IMG/VR virus record: IMGVR_UViG_3300043803_000406
Coordinates: 1-39,619 of that record
Length of the DNA: 39,619 nucleotides
Source of the DNA: a virus
Lineage: Duplodnaviria > Caudoviricetes
Strand: one strand, 5' to 3'
Shown here: piece by piece, positions 1 through 8,901 of the stretch
Layout: the number at the start of each line of letters is the position of its first letter
How positions within the stretch are numbered: the stretch's first letter is position 1
Program-made: the position numbers and the translations under genes
The notes under the pieces: model-generated
Told to the model about the DNA's origin: nothing
What the model saw: only the letters and a program-made list of their open reading frames with translations
Databases searched by the model: none

Positions 1-1579
1 CTGTTTCTTCCGATTTATCTACGTTGTTTACATATATTGCAGATATATTAGTTTTGCTTATTGTTCCGCCGCCATTCCATGAATAATTTGAGGCAGCATA
101 TGATCCACTAGATGCTGTTGATATTAAACCGCTGACTGTCAATGCATAGGGAGTATAGAAAAATTCTAATGTCCTAACTGAGGAGGTTGTATTGATATAA
201 AATCCAGAGCTTTGAATTGTTCTTATTCCATTTCTGGCATTTCTTGAAAGAATTGGATATTTATTGTTTCCAATTGTTATATCATATACTGAGACTCCCG
301 CAAGACCCTCTAGTGTAGAAATATAGCTAGAGCTATTTGAGGCATATGCAATTTGATTATTATAAAATTTAATTTGAAGAGTAGATATCTTAGGCAAATA
401 TTTGCTGCTATCTGTTGTTGCTAAAGTTATCTTTAAATATATTTGTTTATTCCCATTAAAACTTGCAATGGTGAATTGTGGAATCTTCTGTCCATTTTGG
501 CAAGCCTGATATGTTGTGCCATCTACTGAAACTTCTACTGTTACCCCGCTAGTTGCGTTCCATTCAATTTTTGAAGAATCAAGTACTGCGGCATACGGTA
601 ATGAAATGTAATCTGTTAGGGTTACAGTTTTTGAGCCAGTACCCTTTTTGATAGATAATGACTGCTCGCTATCGCTATAATATAAATCATCCGTAATAAA
701 ATAATCCCATGATTTATTTCCAGGATAAGAGTAAATAAATTTTGTTGAAATGTTATCGTCATACAACTCAAAAAGTTCACCATTATCTGGGTCTACAATT
801 TGTATTGGTGAAAGCCCAGCATTTTGATTATAGTGGTTTTGGATTTGAGATTGAGATAAACTATATCTATATACTGCAACGCTATTTATAAGGAAGTAGT
901 CTCCTGCGTCTGTTGTTGGTCCGCTTGATAATGCTAGGGCTGTGTTGCTAAATTTAAAATTAGAAATTGTAGATGTATTAACTAGAACCCCATCTATATA
1001 AAGAGACAATAGTGTAGGGCTATATATGCCTACAATATGAATAACCTTATCTGTATGGGGTAGAGTATGTTCTACATATTCGGCCTGCACTTTAAAAACA
1101 ATATTTTCATTATCATAGAATATGCCGATAGCCTCATCTGCATCTGCTAGAATGCTTGTCAATCCGTTTGTAGTAAATACTGGATGTATCCAAGCTTCAA
1201 ATGTAAAATCGTTGTCTGAAGAATATATTGTTGCAAACTGGCTGGAAGTTTGAGAAGCTGTATAATCATTTAAAAATGAATATTCTATAGAGTTTGTATT
1301 GGCTATCTTTGTTGCCCTTGAATTGCCAATTACAATTGGAGTAATTTCTGTTATTGGGTCCCCGCCATATACTGCATCATTTTCACATCCAGAGTGATCA
1401 TATGCAATGTCTCCATAAATGCTTGCATAAGAAGTCAATAGCGTGTCATCTAATATAGCCTGATATGTAGCATATGAGTTTTCAAGAGCTGTATAGCTTG
1501 CAACATCAACTGTTGTTAAATCATCTAATGGATAATATCCAATAGGATAATCTGAAAGAATTATTGATTTATATGACAT
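1..1579 (-). CDS. LamG/concanavalin-A-like domain tail protein, partial (runs off left edge)
   Basis: Not in ORF track. ATG at 1579 overlaps the upstream stop (TAATG). Reads MSYKSIILSDYPIGYYPLDD...AYDHSGCEND, then FTFEAWIHP, HIVGIYSP, LSLYIDG, AVYRYSLS (LamG-like); same frame is open at the window edge. Confidence 0.8.
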   Translation of the reverse strand, partial: MSYKSIILSDYPIGYYPLDDLTTVDVASYTALENSYATYQAILDDTLLTSYASIYGDIAYDHSGCENDAVYGGDPITEITPIVIGNSRATKIANTNSIEYSFLNDYTASQTSSQFATIYSSDNDFTFEAWIHPVFTTNGLTSILADADEAIGIFYDNENIVFKVQAEYVEHTLPHTDKVIHIVGIYSPTLLSLYIDGVLVNTSTISNFKFSNTALALSSGPTTDAGDYFLINSVAVYRYSLSQSQIQNHYNQNAGLSPIQIVDPDNGELFELYDDNISTKFIYSYPGNKSWDYFITDDLYYSDSEQSLSIKKGTGSKTVTLTDYISLPYAAVLDSSKIEWNATSGVTVEVSVDGTTYQACQNGQKIPQFTIASFNGNKQIYLKITLATTDSSKYLPKISTLQIKFYNNQIAYASNSSSYISTLEGLAGVSVYDITIGNNKYPILSRNARNGIRTIQSSGFYINTTSSVRTLEFFYTPYALTVSGLISTASSGSYAASNYSWNGGGTISKTNISAIYVNNVDKSEET

Positions 1580-2523
1580 TAGTCCACCTGTGCTTTTGTA
1601 TATCGAACAATAACAATTCCTGAGCCTCCTGAACCTGGAGCACTCAATTGATAACCAGCTCCACCCCAAGATGGATTATAGTCCGTACCACCGCCACCAC
1701 CGCCACCACCTGTGTTAGCGGTTCCGCTTACTCCTATTGCAGCTTGTGGTGACAATGCATAACCAAGAGATGCGCCGCTGCCGCCACCGCCTAATCCCCC
1801 TGCTGCACCACCACCAAAGCCATAACCAAATCCTGTATCTGTGAAAGTAGCAGAGTTTCTAGTTTCATTGTTGCCTCCACCACCGCCACCACCGTAGTAG
1901 TAAGTTCCTCCTACGTTGACACCAGTAGAAGTTGCAGAACCCCAAGCAGAGTAAGTAGATGTTCCTACTCCACCAGTGCCACCTGTGTTATTGCCAGCGT
2001 TAGAACCGACAGCGCCTGCACCACCGCCACCTGCACCTGCTGCATCGGTACCAGAACCAGTTGAATTACCACCAGCATTTCCTTGGCCAGCAATTCCTGC
2101 AGCCCCAGTTCCAAAAGATGCTGCAAAGTTGCTGCCACCACCACCAGAACCACCAGATACTGCAGAATCTCCAAATGCACCTCGGCCACCACCAGATGCA
2201 ACATAAGAATTGATAGAAGAGTTATTACCTCCGCCTGCGCCAACAACTACAGAATAAGAAGAAGCAGATAATGTTGCGTTAGTTTGTCGAACTCCGCCAG
2301 CACCTCCTCCTCCACTACCCCCATTTCCTCCGCCTGCAATCACAAGATACTCAGCGTTTAGTGTGTTATTAGATACTGTTAAAGTTCCATTGCTTGTAAA
2401 TGTGCGATAGTAATAAGTAGCATCAGAGCTTAAAGTTCCACCAGTTACTGTTGGTAATGATTCTGGGCCTATTTTTACTAAACCTCTCACTGATGAACTA
2501 GCTAGTGACTGAAATAATGGCAT
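1579..2523 (-). CDS. Glycine-rich virion/adhesin-like protein
   Basis: YYYRTFTSNGT, YLVIAGGG, many GGGGG runs, C-terminal GGSGIVIVRY; paralog of 13858-14727. Confidence 0.8.
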   Translation of the reverse strand: MPLFQSLASSSVRGLVKIGPESLPTVTGGTLSSDATYYYRTFTSNGTLTVSNNTLNAEYLVIAGGGNGGSGGGGAGGVRQTNATLSASSYSVVVGAGGGNNSSINSYVASGGGRGAFGDSAVSGGSGGGGSNFAASFGTGAAGIAGQGNAGGNSTGSGTDAAGAGGGGAGAVGSNAGNNTGGTGGVGTSTYSAWGSATSTGVNVGGTYYYGGGGGGGNNETRNSATFTDTGFGYGFGGGAAGGLGGGGSGASLGYALSPQAAIGVSGTANTGGGGGGGGTDYNPSWGGAGYQLSAPGSGGSGIVIVRYTKAQVD

Positions 2524-2537
2524 TTATTTTCCGCCTC

Positions 2538-3974
2538 CTATGCGTATTTAGTCTGTGATCCAACTACAGTATATGTTGCAGATGCTGTTTTGATTATTGT
2601 ATAAATATAAGAATCTATTGATGAAGAATTTCCAACAGTTGGAGCAGAGCCATTTAGCCATTTAATGCTAGATTGAGTAACACCATCTATTTGAAAAGTT
2701 GATGGGTATGAAGCTGTTGATGCTCCAGTAGTATTTAAAAATGCAACTGTTATTGATTGGCCTGTTGATAACAATGAATTTAATGTTGTTCCAGAATTTC
2801 CTCTAATGTTTAAAGTAAATGCACTCGTTGATCCAGTTGTGTAATACCAAACTGTAGAAGTCACTACATCTACGTTAACTGTAGATGATGTTGCTGCAGA
2901 AACTACATTTACTGTTTCAATTAATCCAGTAACTGCTGAGTTTATCTGTATTGTTCCAGTAGACCCTAAAGTTCCTTGCGTTCCAGTAGTTCCTTGCGTT
3001 CCAGTAGTTCCTTGTGTTCCTTGAGTTGCAGTACCGATAGTTCCCTGTGTTCCAGTAGTGCCTTGTGTACCAGTTGTTCCTTGTATGCCAGCAGTTCCTT
3101 GTGTTCCTTGAGTTCCTTGTGTTCCAATAGTTCCTTGTGCGCCAGTTGTTCCTTGTGTGCCAATAGTTCCTTGAGTTCCAGTAGCTCCTTGTGTTCCAAT
3201 AGTTCCTTGTGCGCCAGTAGTGCCTTGTGTGCCATCAGTTCCTTGAGTCCCAGTAGTTCCTTGTGTTCCAGTAGTTCCTTGTGCACCAGCAGATCCTTGA
3301 GTTCCAGTAGATCCTTGTGTTCCAACTATACCAGCTGTACCTTGTAGTCCCTGAATTGTACCAACATTAGTCCAAGAAGATCCAGTCCAAACATAAAGAT
3401 CTCCAGAAACTATATAACTATCTCCGAGCGTTCCTGTTGGATGCGCTGATTGTAAGTCTCCTAAAGTTGGATATGTTCCTAATATGCTTACACCAGAACC
3501 AGCATTTCCCTGAGCGCCTTCTGTACCTTGAGTACCAATAGCTCCTTGTGCACCAGTAACTCCTTGTGCACCTTGTGTTCCAGTAGCACCTTGTGTTCCA
3601 ATAGATCCTTGTTCGCCAGTAGATCCTTGAGTTCCAGTAGCTCCTTGTGTTCCAATAGTTCCTTGTGCGCCAGTTGTTCCTTGTGTGCCAATAGTTCCTT
3701 GAGTTCCAGTAGCTCCTTGTGTTCCAATAGTTCCTTGTGCGCCAGTAGTGCCTTGTGTGCCAATAGTTCCTTGAGTTCCAGTAGCTCCTTGTGTTCCAAT
3801 AGTTCCTTGTGCGCCAGTAGATCCTTGAGAACCTTGTGAACCAACAGTTCCTTGTGGTCCAGGATTTGCTGTTAAATAAGTATCAATATTTTGTGCAAGT
3901 AATTGAATATCCGCAGGAATATCTGGCGGATCTGAATAAGCGGGAAAACTAAAACCCTTTGATGTTGAGCCCAT
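2538..3974 (-). CDS. Collagen-like (G-T/A-Q) fibre protein
   Basis: Two long Gly-X-Y tracts; C-terminal domain paralogous to 17711-18433; leaderless start 6 nt after TGGTATAAT. Confidence 0.85.
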   Translation of the reverse strand: MGSTSKGFSFPAYSDPPDIPADIQLLAQNIDTYLTANPGPQGTVGSQGSQGSTGAQGTIGTQGATGTQGTIGTQGTTGAQGTIGTQGATGTQGTIGTQGTTGAQGTIGTQGATGTQGSTGEQGSIGTQGATGTQGAQGVTGAQGAIGTQGTEGAQGNAGSGVSILGTYPTLGDLQSAHPTGTLGDSYIVSGDLYVWTGSSWTNVGTIQGLQGTAGIVGTQGSTGTQGSAGAQGTTGTQGTTGTQGTDGTQGTTGAQGTIGTQGATGTQGTIGTQGTTGAQGTIGTQGTQGTQGTAGIQGTTGTQGTTGTQGTIGTATQGTQGTTGTQGTTGTQGTLGSTGTIQINSAVTGLIETVNVVSAATSSTVNVDVVTSTVWYYTTGSTSAFTLNIRGNSGTTLNSLLSTGQSITVAFLNTTGASTASYPSTFQIDGVTQSSIKWLNGSAPTVGNSSSIDSYIYTIIKTASATYTVVGSQTKYA

Positions 3975-4007
3975 TTTAAAATTATACCACCTTAAATGTT
4001 ATGATAA

Positions 4008-4751
4008 TCACGGCTTATTAAGCTCCTCTGTGCTTCCTTTATGAATTGAGCTATATGCCGCTGCCTCCAACAAAAGCTTAACTGGCTTATAAGAATTTGG
4101 CTTAACCGTATAGGTATTAAACCTAATCTGAGCATCTTCCTGCTTCATTCTAAAATTAAATATATACCAATCAATGGGTGCTGTAATTCCAAGTGACTCT
4201 ACGTTCTCTACGGCTTTTTTAGCCCCCGCCCTACTTACCACGTATGTAGCACAGGACCACTGCTGATAAGAGCGGCAGGTAAGATAATCATTGTTAAAAG
4301 AATGCTCTATTTCATTGTAGGCAAACAGGGAGTCGCTCGGCACAAAAGGAGAGAAGAACTCCCACCCTTCTGGCAACTCCATTAAATATGAATTTAATAC
4401 AGATTTAAAATTTTTACTTAAAATAATATCGTCTTCAAATAAAATAAGTATGTCTTTATCTGTTTCTAGAAAATTTTTATATGCAGTGTAGTTACTAGCC
4501 CATACCCCAATGACGCCAGCAGATGGTGGGAATGTCTCACCTGGCTGACAGTAGTCATGTACTGTGTTAACTTTAAAGCCAGCTGTCTGATTAATAAAGT
4601 TTTTAGCCTTATCTGCTGTGTTTAAGTATATCGTGGGGGAACCCAGACGAGGCAGAAAAGAAAGCGCCTCTACAATATCTTCATAGGATTTGTTACGTAA
4701 GTTATTTCCAGTATCAGTATGAAAAACTTCATAGCAAGCATTATCTAACAT
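4008..4751 (-). CDS. Glycosyltransferase family 25-like
   Basis: GVIGVWASNY, ILILFEDD, YVVSRAGAKK, PIDWY motifs; start set at MLDNACY. Confidence 0.75.
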   Translation of the reverse strand: MLDNACYEVFHTDTGNNLRNKSYEDIVEALSFLPRLGSPTIYLNTADKAKNFINQTAGFKVNTVHDYCQPGETFPPSAGVIGVWASNYTAYKNFLETDKDILILFEDDIILSKNFKSVLNSYLMELPEGWEFFSPFVPSDSLFAYNEIEHSFNNDYLTCRSYQQWSCATYVVSRAGAKKAVENVESLGITAPIDWYIFNFRMKQEDAQIRFNTYTVKPNSYKPVKLLLEAAAYSSIHKGSTEELNKP

Positions 4752-5586
4752 CTTTAGTATCCGTTTGTAAATAAGCATTATTAAGTAGCGCAGTTATAGA
4801 CTGTTTTAACTGCGGTCTAAACATAGGCAAAAACATTGAACCACCAAACCTAGGGTTGCTCTCAAAAATAATGGGCTTTCCGTCACGAAGTTTAAAATTA
4901 ACATTTGCTGGACCGCTGTAATTAGCTAGCTTAAAGATATTGCGAAATACTTCAAGAACTTCTGTCTCCATAGTAACGATTTTGTTTTCAGCAAAAGGAC
5001 CCATATTTACTTTACCATCTTCAGGTACTGGTCCTTCAAAAGTTACGTTCCACAGAACGTCTCCATCTTTACACATAACCTGAGTAACGTACTCAACATC
5101 TCCTTCTACGTACTCTTGTACTAGGTACTGATGGTCTTTAAACCTATGGTTATTAAGAGCCCACTCATATCGTTCTTGATCCCAAATTAATGCTATGCCT
5201 ACACCTGCATAAAGATCTAGCCTCTTCATTATAAAAGGAAACTCTGGTGTATTTGAAGTTATGTTTAATAGTTTTGGAAAGTACTCCTTTAAACCATTTT
5301 TTTCTAAAAACTTATAAAATAGATCTTTGTTATTAAAGGTATTTAGGGTGTCATGCGAAGAAACTAGAGTAAGGCACCCTTTGGGATGGTTGAAATTATC
5401 CTGTACCGATAACGGTATAAGGACAACCTTGTTGTAATTCTTACAGGCATCTTCCAGGGGGAAGTCAATATCATCAATTTCTATGACTTTTTCAATTGAT
5501 GAGAATCCTTTCCAAAAGTCAGATTCTGCTCCCAAGGCATCTTTCCAAGATGACCACAATCCTTTGCCGTAAATAACTACTAACAT
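4741..5586 (-). CDS. ATP-grasp domain protein
   Basis: NNKDLFY, FPFIMK, YLVQEYVEG, IFESNPRFGG. Confidence 0.8.
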   Translation of the reverse strand: MLVVIYGKGLWSSWKDALGAESDFWKGFSSIEKVIEIDDIDFPLEDACKNYNKVVLIPLSVQDNFNHPKGCLTLVSSHDTLNTFNNKDLFYKFLEKNGLKEYFPKLLNITSNTPEFPFIMKRLDLYAGVGIALIWDQERYEWALNNHRFKDHQYLVQEYVEGDVEYVTQVMCKDGDVLWNVTFEGPVPEDGKVNMGPFAENKIVTMETEVLEVFRNIFKLANYSGPANVNFKLRDGKPIIFESNPRFGGSMFLPMFRPQLKQSITALLNNAYLQTDTKDVR

Positions 5587-6110
5587 TTTTTAATCCACAT
5601 TTGATATCCAGACTCTATCACCGTGTACTGATCCTTACATACCTCTAGGAAGCCGTCAACGCCTCTCTTAGGCTCTAAAAAGCGGTTACCGTTATAGTTC
5701 CATAGGTAATCGTCAAAAGCCATTACACCGCCTGATTCAAGCAATCTAAATGCATTTAATCCGTCTAATGATGTCTGTAATGCTGTGTGGTCTCCATCAA
5801 TGTATATAAAATTAAACTGTGATTTATTTGAGGCAAAGTACTCGTCGCTTGTCATTTTATATTTATAAATACGATTATCATTAAACCTAGAGTCATAATA
5901 GCTTTCTACTGAATTAAAATCTAATGATTCATGAGCAATTTCTTCGCTTCCGCCCCATGTATCTACATCGTGAAGATATTCTAATTCTCTATTATTTAAT
6001 AGCCATTCTGTAGCATCTCCCGTGTATGTGCCAATTTGCAAAGCACGAAGGGGCTCATTTGGCACATGACGGAAATACTTCTCTACATCTTTAAACCAAT
6101 TAGGAAACAT
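5580..6110 (-). CDS. Class I SAM-dependent methyltransferase (Methyltransf_24-like)
   Basis: LQIGTYTG, VDTW, FIYIDGDH, GGVMAFDDY. Confidence 0.85.
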   Translation of the reverse strand: MFPNWFKDVEKYFRHVPNEPLRALQIGTYTGDATEWLLNNRELEYLHDVDTWGGSEEIAHESLDFNSVESYYDSRFNDNRIYKYKMTSDEYFASNKSQFNFIYIDGDHTALQTSLDGLNAFRLLESGGVMAFDDYLWNYNGNRFLEPKRGVDGFLEVCKDQYTVIESGYQMWIKKC

Positions 6111-6111
6111 A

Positions 6112-6672
6112 TTAGTACAACTTCAAATTGTTAAGGCATCCAGTAACATATTCTGGAGCCATCTTGTGATCATCTAATAAATGCTGGAATAGGGATTTGC
6201 TTTCTTCCTTTTTCCCAAGCCACCATCCTGAGACTGCTTTTTCAAACATTAGGCAGTATGCGCCATTATAATCAACGTATCCTGGAAGAGGCTGATGGAA
6301 TGTGTGTGTGGCATACAGCAATCCCATTTCGGCAAATGTGTAGCAGTCTTGATACATCTTATTGCGCTCATTAATTCTTGATAGTAGGAAATATGCTTCT
6401 GGTCTATTTGGCAGATAGGCTATTGCTTGCATGATATTATTATGAACAGTCTTATTCCTATCGCCTTGATGCGTCCAGCATATAGCCATTCTAAGTAATG
6501 ATGTATATGTAATTAGAGGATGAGTTTTATAGCCAAATTCTGCCGCTCTTAAATAAAATCCAGCTGCTGAAGCATATTGCTGTTGTGCGTCGTAGGCTTG
6601 AGCTAAATCAAAATTAATCTGAACATCAAACGGATTAGATGAGAGTTCTACTGTTAATTCTTTAATTCCCAT
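6112..6672 (-). CDS. TPR-like helical repeat protein
   Basis: FDLAQAY, AIAYLPNRPEAYFLLS; start set at MGIKEL. Confidence 0.65.
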   Translation of the reverse strand: MGIKELTVELSSNPFDVQINFDLAQAYDAQQQYASAAGFYLRAAEFGYKTHPLITYTSLLRMAICWTHQGDRNKTVHNNIMQAIAYLPNRPEAYFLLSRINERNKMYQDCYTFAEMGLLYATHTFHQPLPGYVDYNGAYCLMFEKAVSGWWLGKKEESKSLFQHLLDDHKMAPEYVTGCLNNLKLY

Positions 6673-7666
6673 ATGCCATTGCCTCCGTAATAATCTCATT
6701 TACAACATTTGACGGAACCTCTAATATAAATGCTGCATTATCTTGAATACCAAAACTTAGTAGTAGTTTCTCATCTTTAATTGCTGCACCTACACAAAAC
6801 TCAATTGGAGTATCAAGAAATGAGAATGACTTACTTAACCCAACAAAGTTAAAATCTTTATCCCATACAATTACTCTATGTCTATATATTGAATCTTTTT
6901 GCTTTAAATAATTCTTCCATAGTTTTACTTCATGTGTAACTGTAATATAATACTCGCCCCATTTAATAACATTGGTTCCACCTCTTTGATCAATTGGAGC
7001 GGCAGGAGTAGATTTAACAATAACTTGTTCACATTCTGGCTTGTCTGGATTAGCCTTAACTATTTCTGTAGGCATTGCCCACTTAACAAAATTATATGGT
7101 TGATCTAGTATGGGCATCCAATTTTTTTCACAATATGATGTTGCTTCATCAATTGGAGCTGGAATTCTTACACGCTGAATTTCTGTTGCAGTCCAGTTTT
7201 CTTTATCTAATTGAATCTTAGAATATTCCATGCGGCCTTGCCCATTTGGAGTTGTATCACGGCGAACACCAATAAGATAATACTCTCCATCCCATTGTGT
7301 AATTCTACAATCTTCTTCGCCAACAAACTCCCAAATTGGCGCAACATCAAATTTAGAATAGTCTACCTTAGTAAACTTAGTTATATTTAAATCATTATCT
7401 AATAAACAAAGGTAGTTAGTAGTGACCAGCCTCTGATCTTTTTCAGGATGCAAATATGATAATGGTCCCCAAGGACTAAAAAAGTTCTGATCTTTTTCTG
7501 AATGGTAAAGTGTATAATTAACTCTTCGTATATTTACTAGTATATCTCCATCATCATCAATAAAGATAGATGGATTCATTAACCCCATTCCGTCTGAAAT
7601 ATCGGAGGGAATAACAAGAGGAACTAAATTCCCCCCATTAGATATTGATTTTTGTACTAGATTCAT
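6662..7666 (-). CDS. Five-bladed beta-propeller glycosidase/phosphorylase-like protein
   Basis: NPSI, GEEDCRI, EKNWMP, RGGT, IEFCVG, SFGIQD; leaderless start 7 nt after TAGAAT. Confidence 0.65.
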   Translation of the reverse strand: MNLVQKSISNGGNLVPLVIPSDISDGMGLMNPSIFIDDDGDILVNIRRVNYTLYHSEKDQNFFSPWGPLSYLHPEKDQRLVTTNYLCLLDNDLNITKFTKVDYSKFDVAPIWEFVGEEDCRITQWDGEYYLIGVRRDTTPNGQGRMEYSKIQLDKENWTATEIQRVRIPAPIDEATSYCEKNWMPILDQPYNFVKWAMPTEIVKANPDKPECEQVIVKSTPAAPIDQRGGTNVIKWGEYYITVTHEVKLWKNYLKQKDSIYRHRVIVWDKDFNFVGLSKSFSFLDTPIEFCVGAAIKDEKLLLSFGIQDNAAFILEVPSNVVNEIITEAMAYGN

Positions 7667-7816
7667 AGTATCTATTCTACTATTTTAAGCAGTTATTGTA
7701 AATGCTTATACTGTATTAGTGTTATTTAATCCAAAGTTACTGCTTCATATTTATTTCTATAAAAGTATTATTTTATTACAAATGCAGGACTATACCTTGG
7801 CTATTGCTAACAAAAA

Positions 7817-8524
7817 TTACCTGTATTGTTTAATCTCCCTAAATTGCGTTTTGTAAGAGTCAAAAAATTTAGAGCGTAGTTTTGTGCCTATTTTGTTGTT
7901 TTTTACTAAATCAGCTTCAACTCCAATAGACATTTCCCAAAACTCTCGTTTGAAAGGAATGACCTGAGCGATGGGAGTACCAGCAGGTATAAGTCCCTCA
8001 AATTTATTGGGCTCATTCAATACAAACGGAAAATTAACGGCCGCATTATATGTATCTGTATCAACAATGCCTGGCATGATTGTAAAAACTGACTTTCTAT
8101 GTAAAGGCTGAACAAATAATACGGAGTATCCAGGCGGGGTTGTGATTGCCCAAGGATTCAACCACTTTGGATAAGCGATATGCTCATTCCGATCAGGATG
8201 GCTTGGTGCTTGTTCTACTGGGTGAAATTCAATAAGCCCATAGTTTGCCCATTCATAGTAAGCGCTTATTTTGCCTTCTTCATCTTCTTTTTGTGATACA
8301 TAAATATCAGCAGGTGAAACAATAATGTATCCAGCAGATATAGCATCAAAAACTGGCATACATCTTTTAATTGTTCCAGGTGTTAGAGCAGTTCCGTTAG
8401 GAACTTTTTTTTCACCTATATAAGAGTTTAAATCTTTATACCAATCTGGAATAAAATGACTTGCAGGTTTTGGTTGATATTCTTCCGAGACCCCAAATGT
8501 ATCTGTAAACTTAATATTTGTCAT
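7817..8524 (-). CDS. Conserved phage protein, possibly dUTPase-like fold
   Basis: TIKRCMPVFDAISAGY, WLNPWAITTPPGYS, PGIVDTD, GTPIAQVIPFKR. Confidence 0.55.
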   Translation of the reverse strand: MTNIKFTDTFGVSEEYQPKPASHFIPDWYKDLNSYIGEKKVPNGTALTPGTIKRCMPVFDAISAGYIIVSPADIYVSQKEDEEGKISAYYEWANYGLIEFHPVEQAPSHPDRNEHIAYPKWLNPWAITTPPGYSVLFVQPLHRKSVFTIMPGIVDTDTYNAAVNFPFVLNEPNKFEGLIPAGTPIAQVIPFKREFWEMSIGVEADLVKNNKIGTKLRSKFFDSYKTQFREIKQYR

Positions 8525-8584
8525 TTCATTCTTTCTAAATTGTATTTTGTTTACTTAAGGGTACACAAAATATTAAAAACAATT

Positions 8585-8890
8585 TTAATTGTTAGAATTT
8601 AATTTTTTTTGCAATAATTCTATTAAAATTTGCTCTTCTGTTTTTGGTTCAAGGTGTCTTTCGTACTCTTCTGGAGTAAGCCATCCACCTAAATCATCTG
8701 CCCATACTGAATCATAATTTGGTTTTTCTGTTTTAAAAACACCATCAACATCTTTTTTCCAACCTATACCCATATTTTGATTAAAAATTTCTACAACTTC
8801 ATATTCAGGAAAAAGCTCTTGTGTAGATTCAATGCTTTCTGATACTATTACATTTATTATTGTATTATTTTCTACAATTCCAAAATTCAT
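8585..8890 (-). CDS. Small acidic partner of glycine-rich fibre (chaperone-like)
   Basis: N-terminal FGIVENNTIINVIV shared with four paralogs. Confidence 0.7.
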   Translation of the reverse strand: MNFGIVENNTIINVIVSESIESTQELFPEYEVVEIFNQNMGIGWKKDVDGVFKTEKPNYDSVWADDLGGWLTPEEYERHLEPKTEEQILIELLQKKLNSNN

Positions 8891-8901
8891 TTTATATTCT
8901 C

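Noticed and set aside
7686-7712. Possible fifth pseudoknot copy (TAAGCA...AACTGCTTA on minus strand)
   Set aside because: Stem 1 at most 3 bp, conserved C absent, not adjacent to a stop codon
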